A DNA stretch of 32,000 nt from Desulfobulbus propionicus DSM 2032 (GTDB lineage Bacteria > Desulfobacterota > Desulfobulbia > Desulfobulbales > Desulfobulbaceae). A program made the position numbers and the translations under genes. The notes beneath the pieces are model-generated. The model worked only from the letters and a program-made list of their open reading frames with translations. It had not been told where the DNA came from and did no database searches. The stretch spans positions 300,001-332,000 of the forward strand of contig NC_014972.1 in the NCBI RefSeq assembly GCF_000186885.1. Direction: 5' to 3'. Positions 25,981 to 32,000 of this stretch are shown piece after piece; the stretch's first letter is position 1; each line of letters starts with the position of its first letter.

Positions 25981-27438
25981 ATGCAGCGTGCGCGCCGATC
26001 TTTGTTGCTTGCCCTCTGTTGGCCATGTCTTGCGCTCGCCGGGGGGGCAGGGCCAGCCCTTGCCCGGGAGACCACGGTGACTGGTTCGGCGGGAACGGGA
26101 TACGATTTTCGCGAACGAACCTATGACCGGCAAGCAGCAGACAAAGAGAACGAAGGCGATGTGCAAAAAATCAGCATCGGACCCGATATCACCGTGGTAT
26201 CCAAAGGCGTGTACGATACGCTCAACCTCCGTTACTCCCCCAAACTCAACTATGATTTTGTCGATGACGAGAACGAGGTCGATCATCAACTGAGCGTCGG
26301 CAACGAGCGCCTCCTTACCAGCAGGTGGTCCCTGACGCTCTCCGATGATTTCCTCTATTCCGACGATCCGGAGGCGTCCTCCTCTTTTTTCAGCGACGGC
26401 AGCGCATCCGGTTCCACTGGTCAGGACCAAGGGCCTTCCCGCGATGCCTTGTCCAGAGACCTGAGCGGCCGTCAATATTGGACAAATACCGCAGGGGTGC
26501 GTACATCCTACGCATTGTTGGAAACGACCCGCATTGGCGGAGGATACAGCTACGCCGTACTCCGCAATGAAGAGGGAGGGGCGAGCGGGAGCGACAGCTA
26601 TGACGAGTACGACAAGCATTCCTTTTTCGCCAATCTGACCCACGGCTTCAACCAGCACTGGCGGTCCAGCGTGGGGGCGAACTACACCCGCGGCTTGTAT
26701 GACGAGCCGCCACCAACTGCTGCCAATCAGCCCGCAGCCGCCGCCAACCCAGATCTGGATGAATACGGGGCCAGCCTCGGCGTTGATTATGTCCGGAGTG
26801 TGAGGGATTTTTTTCCGGCGAAGTATGTTGTTTCGGAGACTCAATACGACGGTGAGAGCCGGCGCGACTCGCAGTCCCATGAATGGTCGGTCGGTTGGGA
26901 TCATGCCTTTGATGCCCAAACGCGTCTTGCGTTGGGCGGGGGTCCCTCCTACGCGAAAATCCAAGGATTGGAAGGACAGTGGGGGTACAACGCCTATCTC
27001 TCTTTCATGAAGCAGTACGAGCACGCATCGTATTCGCTCCAGGCGGACAAGCGGTATGAAACGCAAAATTTCAGCGGGACCGAGGAGTCAGGTCTGACTG
27101 ACACCTACAATGTCCGGGCCAACATGACCGTGCAGGCGACCCAAGCCCTCGGGTTTGATTTCTTCGGTCGCTACAGTTGGGAATCGGAGATGGATCCGCA
27201 GGGAGAATATCTCGATGCGCTTGGTGGCGTACCGTCGACCACAGCCACAGGCGACCTGACCTATGACACGGACGTCTATGAACTCGGGATTGGCATGCGA
27301 TATTCCTTTGCTCGCTGGTACACCGCGGGCGTGAAGTACACCTATTATGTCTCCGATGGCCAACTGGATACCGACCAGTATACCGATCACCAGGTGCTGT
27401 TTACCCTGAGCGCCACCAAGGAATTGTGGCACTGGTAG
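25981..27438 (+). CDS. Outer membrane beta-barrel protein of the exopolysaccharide locus
   Basis: Signal peptide then repeated aromatic/alternating strands (YDTLNLRYSPKLNYDF, WSLTLSDDFLYS, GYSYAVLRNE, LGIGMRYSFARWYTAGVKYTYYVSDG); gene adjacency. Confidence 0.75.
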   Translation: MQRARRSLLLALCWPCLALAGGAGPALARETTVTGSAGTGYDFRERTYDRQAADKENEGDVQKISIGPDITVVSKGVYDTLNLRYSPKLNYDFVDDENEVDHQLSVGNERLLTSRWSLTLSDDFLYSDDPEASSSFFSDGSASGSTGQDQGPSRDALSRDLSGRQYWTNTAGVRTSYALLETTRIGGGYSYAVLRNEEGGASGSDSYDEYDKHSFFANLTHGFNQHWRSSVGANYTRGLYDEPPPTAANQPAAAANPDLDEYGASLGVDYVRSVRDFFPAKYVVSETQYDGESRRDSQSHEWSVGWDHAFDAQTRLALGGGPSYAKIQGLEGQWGYNAYLSFMKQYEHASYSLQADKRYETQNFSGTEESGLTDTYNVRANMTVQATQALGFDFFGRYSWESEMDPQGEYLDALGGVPSTTATGDLTYDTDVYELGIGMRYSFARWYTAGVKYTYYVSDGQLDTDQYTDHQVLFTLSATKELWHW

Positions 27439-27478
27439 CAGGGCCAAATCGTGTAGCGAGATGGGTGATTTTCCATTT

Positions 27479-28861
27479 TTACCGAGAGCCTTTCTGAAAA
27501 AGCACGGTCTTGATGGTCCGGAAAATGATCAGCAAATCAATGAAAATGGACTGGTGCTTGATGTAATAGAGGTCGTATTCCAATTTGCGCAGCGCATCCT
27601 CTTCTGACGCGCCATAAGGATAACAGACCTGGGCCCAGCCGGTAATGCCCGGTTTGGCCGCATGCCGTAGCGAGTAATAGGGCAGTTTTTCCACCAACTG
27701 CTCGACAAAAACCGGCCGCTCCGGACGCGGGCCGACAAAACTCATCTGTCCGCGGATGACATTCCACATCTGGGGGATTTCATCGATGCGCACCTTGCGG
27801 ATAAAACCACCGACACGGGTAACTCGGCTGTCGTTCTTCTTGGCCCAGACAGCCCCGTTTTTTTCGGCATCCTGCCGCATGCTGCGGAATTTGATGATCG
27901 AGAAAACCTTGCCCCGTTCGCCCACACGCTCCTGCCGGTAAAAAATCGGGCCAGGCGACTCGAGCTTGATCAGAATGGCGGTTATCAGGGTTATCGGCAG
28001 GCTGAGGCAGAGGCCTACCACAGCGAGGGAGAGATCGAGCAGGCGTTTGATCAGATAGGTCATGCGCCCGCAATCAAACCCCTCAGAAAAGATCAGCCAG
28101 GCTGGATTGACCTTTTCGACGAGAATTTTTCCCGTGATCGCCTCATAAAATGAAATTCCGTCCTCAATGAGGAGGCCACGCAGTTTGTTGTGCAACAACT
28201 CGGCAATGGGCATGGTTCCCCGACGATCATCAAGGGCAACGACGATTCGCTCTACACTGGATAATCGGGGTTCATTGTTCATTTCGGCGAGGTTTGCCAA
28301 CACCGGGATGTCAGCATGGTCGAACGTAGGGGGGCCTGATCCGACCAATGCGGCAATGACAAAGCCGGATTCGCGGTTGTTTTTGATTTCCGTGGCAATT
28401 TTTTCCGCCATTTCTCCCATGCCGACGATGAGTATTTCACTGGCAAACAACTTTTTCTCGAGAACGAGATAATACAGTGAGCGCCATGCAAGCAAACTCG
28501 CGCAAATGATCAGGTAGCAGGCCCAGAAAATAAACGTGGAGATGATGATCGAGGGAAATAGGGTATACAGTAGTGCCAGGACAATGCAGCCGACGCCAAA
28601 GGCCTGCATCATCCTGATAAAGGTATCGGTGGTGGTTCCGGGTTTGCGCAGATCGTAAAGATCGTAAAAATAGAGGGAGAGCTGAAAAACCAGGGTGACC
28701 GTCATGGATCTCAAGGTATATTCCGACGGCGTAACAAGAAAGCTGTCCCAACTGGAAAAGACAATAAGAATACCCAGGACACTGCTAAAAATCAGCACGC
28801 CTTCGCCGAGGAAAAAGAAGATTTTGCGGACCGGGTGATATTTATTGAAAAATGTCGGCAT
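27479..28861 (-). CDS. Exopolysaccharide biosynthesis polyprenyl glycosylphosphotransferase (EpsB/XrtA-system sugar transferase)
   Basis: N-terminal TM segments; KRLLDLSLAVVGLCLSLPITLITAILIKLESPGPIFYRQERVGERGKVFSIIKFRSMRQDAEKNGAVWA...GGFIRKVRIDEIPQMWNVIRGQMSFVGPRPERP. Confidence 0.92.
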   Translation of the reverse strand: MPTFFNKYHPVRKIFFFLGEGVLIFSSVLGILIVFSSWDSFLVTPSEYTLRSMTVTLVFQLSLYFYDLYDLRKPGTTTDTFIRMMQAFGVGCIVLALLYTLFPSIIISTFIFWACYLIICASLLAWRSLYYLVLEKKLFASEILIVGMGEMAEKIATEIKNNRESGFVIAALVGSGPPTFDHADIPVLANLAEMNNEPRLSSVERIVVALDDRRGTMPIAELLHNKLRGLLIEDGISFYEAITGKILVEKVNPAWLIFSEGFDCGRMTYLIKRLLDLSLAVVGLCLSLPITLITAILIKLESPGPIFYRQERVGERGKVFSIIKFRSMRQDAEKNGAVWAKKNDSRVTRVGGFIRKVRIDEIPQMWNVIRGQMSFVGPRPERPVFVEQLVEKLPYYSLRHAAKPGITGWAQVCYPYGASEEDALRKLEYDLYYIKHQSIFIDLLIIFRTIKTVLFQKGSR

Positions 28862-29158
28862 GGTTTCCGTGTTGCAGAGAAGTGGGATGATACGGCACAA
28901 TTGCCCTCATTAAATATGCTTTGTCTCCCGAAGTCAAGGCAACCGGGCTTGGCCGGTGGGAGATCGCCTGTTGGAATCTTCTGATTTGTCGTGACGATTT
29001 GTGGATGTTTTTTTGTTTTGACCGGGCCCGTTGAGACCTGTACCATGAAATCCATACCATTCCTTCAGTGACTGCCCGCAGGGGCACATAAGGTGGCCCC
29101 GTGCCTTAATGGTCCTGGAACGCTGTAGATGTACAAGAACTCTTGCATGGAACAATGT

Positions 29159-29836
29159 ATGGTCGATATCTCCTCTCTTCCTAAAAACAAGCTTTCCGTG
29201 CGCCGTGTTCTTCTGGTGCTTGTTCTTTTGATGGGCACTTTTTTTCTTCTACAAGGGGTCTCGGGCACGGTCCGGACGCCCATCAAGCAGCCGCTGAGCA
29301 CGTTTCCCGTGGTTCTAGGAGAATGGCACGCTCTTTCCAGTCGAAAATCCACGGATGCGGTCATTGAGATGCTCGGCGTGGACGATTACATCGAATACAA
29401 TTATGCGACCCCATCTGGGAGAGAGCTCAATTTTTATGCCGCTTTCTACGAGTCGGTGGGCACCGGCGGTGGATACCATTCACCCAAAAACTGTATCCCC
29501 GGAGGGGGCTGGGGCATTGATTCGGTGAAAACCATCGAGGTCCAGCCAGCTCAAGGAAGATCAGCGGTAAACGTCAGTGAGATGCTGATTCGCAACGGCA
29601 ACGAATACCAAGTCGTAGTGTACTGGTATCAAAACCGCGGCAGGATCATTGCCTCGGAATACTGGGAAAAAATATACTTGGTGCTGGATGCGATTTTCAT
29701 GAAGCGACGCGACGGAACCTTTGTCCGGCTTATGGCGCCGGTACAGGAGGGGGATATCGCCCAGACGGAGCAACTGTTACAGCGTTTCGCCGGTCTCGCC
29801 ATGGTAGAACTCGAACATTTCCTTCCTGGACGGTAA
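29159..29836 (+). CDS. EpsI family protein
   Basis: FPVVLGEWHALSSRKSTDAVIEMLGVDDYIEYNYATPSGRELNFYAAFYESVGTGGGYHSPKNCIPGGGWGID...VVYWYQNRGRIIASEYWEKIYLVLDA. Confidence 0.9.
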   Translation: MVDISSLPKNKLSVRRVLLVLVLLMGTFFLLQGVSGTVRTPIKQPLSTFPVVLGEWHALSSRKSTDAVIEMLGVDDYIEYNYATPSGRELNFYAAFYESVGTGGGYHSPKNCIPGGGWGIDSVKTIEVQPAQGRSAVNVSEMLIRNGNEYQVVVYWYQNRGRIIASEYWEKIYLVLDAIFMKRRDGTFVRLMAPVQEGDIAQTEQLLQRFAGLAMVELEHFLPGR

Positions 29837-29838
29837 CC

Positions 29839-30681
29839 ATGCACGCCATATCCTCTCTTTTTAGGGCGAACTCGACCTTTCTTCTCTTGTTTCTCGTGGT
29901 TGCAGCTTTGGCAGGGCTCTATTTCCCCGTGTTGACCAGCTTGGCCAATGACTGGTCCACCAACGACAACTATTCCCACGGCTTTTTTATCCCCCTGATC
30001 AGCGGCTACATGGTCTATTCCATGAAAGAAGAACTCAGCCAGCTGTCAATTCTCCCGACCAATTGGGGCCTTCCCTTCCTGGTTGCAGGACTTGGTCAAC
30101 TCTACATTGCCAGGGTCGGCTCGGAATATTTTCTCCAAAGAACTTCCCTTATTCTTGTGTTGCTGGGAATAACTCTTTTCCTTTTAGGCAAGGCCATCAC
30201 GAAAAAAGTGCTACTGCCGATCGCCTACCTTTTGTTCATGGTTCCGCTTCCAGCTATCATCTGGAACAAGATCGCTTTTCCTATGCAGCTTTTTTCCAGT
30301 GCGATCACCGAAGAGGTGGTCAGGATGATTGGTATCCCTATTTTTCGTGAAGGCAATGTTCTCCACCTTGCGCAGACGACTTTGGAAGTCGTCGATGCCT
30401 GCTCGGGCCTCCGCTCCTTGACCACCATGTTTGCCCTGGCCGCAGCCCTCGCCTGGTTCACCGACTTTGTCCAGTGGAAAAAATGGGTACTATTTTTTCT
30501 GGCCGCTCCGGTTGCCATGTTTGCCAATATCGTGCGCCTCACTGCCACCGCAGGTTTAGCCAGTATCTATGGGGGAAAAGTGGCTCAGGGGTTTCTTCAT
30601 GATTTTTCAGGGATATTTACTTTTGTACTCGGGCTGAGCCTGCTCATGTTGAGCAATAAGTTCCTGCTCAGAAAGAAATGA
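29839..30681 (+). CDS. Exosortase (EpsH/Xrt family)
   Basis: Multi-TM; NDNYSHGFFIPLISGYMVY; catalytic region VVDACSGLRSLTTMF; NIVRLTATAGLASIYGG; FLHDFSGIFTF. Confidence 0.92.
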   Translation: MHAISSLFRANSTFLLLFLVVAALAGLYFPVLTSLANDWSTNDNYSHGFFIPLISGYMVYSMKEELSQLSILPTNWGLPFLVAGLGQLYIARVGSEYFLQRTSLILVLLGITLFLLGKAITKKVLLPIAYLLFMVPLPAIIWNKIAFPMQLFSSAITEEVVRMIGIPIFREGNVLHLAQTTLEVVDACSGLRSLTTMFALAAALAWFTDFVQWKKWVLFFLAAPVAMFANIVRLTATAGLASIYGGKVAQGFLHDFSGIFTFVLGLSLLMLSNKFLLRKK

Positions 30682-30747
30682 TGACTCTTCTTATTATTAC
30701 CGCATACTTCTTTTGACCTCATATCGTCCATAACATACGCTTCCTAT

Positions 30748-31567
30748 ATGACTTCAATCGACAACTATCTCACCATTGATGTTGAAGATTATTTTCAAGT
30801 TTCGGCCTTTGAGGACATTATTCGAACCGACGATTGGGATGGAATGGAGCATAGAGTTGTGCGCAATACTGAAAATGTGCTCGAGTTATTGGATCAGTAC
30901 GATACCAAAGCGACCTTTTTCATAGTTGGCTGGGTAGCTGAAAAATATCCTCATCTCGTTCGCAATATCCATAATCGGGGACACAGCATCGGTTGTCATA
31001 GCTACTGGCATCGTAAGGTGTATGACCTCTCCCCCGAGCAATTCAGAGATGACACCGCCAGAGTAAAAGCAATTTTAGAAGAAATTATCGGAGAACCGGT
31101 GCTTGGCTATCGTGCACCCAGTTATTCAATCACCGCCAATTCCTTGTGGGCAATTGACATTCTCAAGGAGCTCGGCTTTACCTACGACTCCTCGATTTTT
31201 CCCATCCACCACGACACCTACGGCATTCCCGACGCACCCCGTTTTGCCTACCGGCATGCCAATGGCCTACTCGAATACCCGATTTCCACGGCTATCCTGC
31301 TCGGTAGAAAAATTCCAGTTTCCGGGGGGGTATTTTCGGCTATTTCCTTATTGGTTTACTTATTTATGTCTTCAAAGAATCAACCACAACGATGAAAATC
31401 CATTCATATTTTATATTCATCCATGGGAAATAGACCCTCATCAGCCTCGCATGCATAATGCAAGATTGTTATCTCGGTTTCGTCACTACAACAATTTAGG
31501 TAAAACAAGATCCAGGCTAATGCGATTGTTAACAGATTTTGCTTTCACCTCCATACCTTTACAATAA
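30748..31567 (+). pseudogene. XrtA/PEP-CTERM-type polysaccharide deacetylase (DUF3473) split by a frameshift at a G7 tract; frame 1 ORF 30748-31395, second part in +1 frame to 31567
   Basis: Frame 1 LTIDVEDYFQV...GHSIGCHSYWHRKVYDL...YRAPSYSI...ILLGRKIPVSGG|VFSAIS...stop. +1 frame GGYFRLFPYWFTYLCLQRIN...FYIHPWEIDPHQPR...LLSRFRHYNNLGKT. Removing one G of 31324-31330 gives one 272 aa protein. Confidence 0.8.
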
Positions 31568-31666
31568 CTTTTAAAAGATATCTTTATTGTATGGTTATTG
31601 GAATTGGCATGAATTTAATTGTGTAAATATCACAAACGCACTAATTGAATCTGGATAGCAATTTTT

Positions 31667-32000
31667 ATGATCATCAATAAAGCGGTTGAGACAGATCGGA
31701 AAAAATGGGATAACTATGCGTTATCACACCCCGATGCAACGCCCTATCATCTTTGGGCCTGGAAAGAAGCGGTTGAAACGGCTTATGGTCACAAAGCACA
31801 CTACCTAATAGCAGAAGAACAAGGCAAAGTTCGCGGTATACTTCCGCTTTTCCAGTTAAAATTATTTTTTCTGCAAAACCAATTGGTTTCACTCCCATTT
31901 TGTGATGTGGCCGGTCCTATTGCGGACGATTATCTCACACGTGACAGACTTCTCGACAAGGCACAACAAGCAGCAGCGCAATATAAAGCGACCACAGTTG
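31667..32000 (+). CDS. FemAB-like protein, XrtA/PEP-CTERM-system-associated (truncated by window edge)
   Basis: Open ORF MIINKAVETDRKKWDNYALSHPDATPYHLWAWKEAVETAYGHKAHYLIAEEQGKVRGILPLFQLKLFFLQNQLVSLPFCDVAGPIAD..., continuous to the end of the window. Confidence 0.8.
   Translation, partial: MIINKAVETDRKKWDNYALSHPDATPYHLWAWKEAVETAYGHKAHYLIAEEQGKVRGILPLFQLKLFFLQNQLVSLPFCDVAGPIADDYLTRDRLLDKAQQAAAQYKATTV

Noticed and set aside
25165-27066. 633 aa minus-strand ORF
   Set aside because: Spans two convincing plus-strand genes with signal peptides and has no recognisable domain.
1-32000. CRISPR array, tRNA, rRNA or phage/defence module
   Set aside because: No regularly spaced direct repeats, no recognisable structural RNA and no defence-type gene cluster seen by eye.

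Overview
The window looks like a chromosomal segment of a GC-rich sulfate-reducer-like (Desulfobulbaceae-type) deltaproteobacterium. Lineage is inferred from protein content only. Left part (about 1-24.9 kb) is mostly housekeeping: an RsbRD-N-like gene, a complete single-gene IS200/IS605 transposase element with subterminal hairpins, prc, yedF-like, MBL hydrolase, HDOD protein, a small RHH-like ORF overlapping a eukaryotic-type hisA, a RecA/KaiC-like ATPase, a mitochondrial-EFG1-like fusA with a structured leader, a lone Nif11-like small protein, an amidohydrolase, ychF, a YhaM-like protein, holB, a PSP1/RicT protein, metG, yggT, a DUF167 protein, a divergent triosephosphate isomerase homologue, htpX, elbB and hpt. 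The right part (22.6 kb to end) is part of an exosortase/PEP-CTERM-type exopolysaccharide locus: PrsT TPR protein, polysaccharide export protein, beta-barrel protein, EpsB-type sugar transferase, EpsI, exosortase, an XrtA-type polysaccharide deacetylase and a truncated FemAB-like gene. Best leads: (1) the deacetylase is split by a frameshift exactly at a G7 homopolymer, so it may be phase-variable, a pseudogene or a sequencing error; (2) the TIM homologue has Thr where the catalytic Glu is expected; (3) an orphan Nif11-like peptide ends in GNPPKRVIWWR; (4) the fusA leader has a strong sigma70-like promoter and an internal terminator-like hairpin; (5) the tnpA ribosome-binding site is buried in a perfect two-tier inverted repeat. 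I found no tRNA, rRNA or CRISPR, and no clear novel multi-gene defence system.
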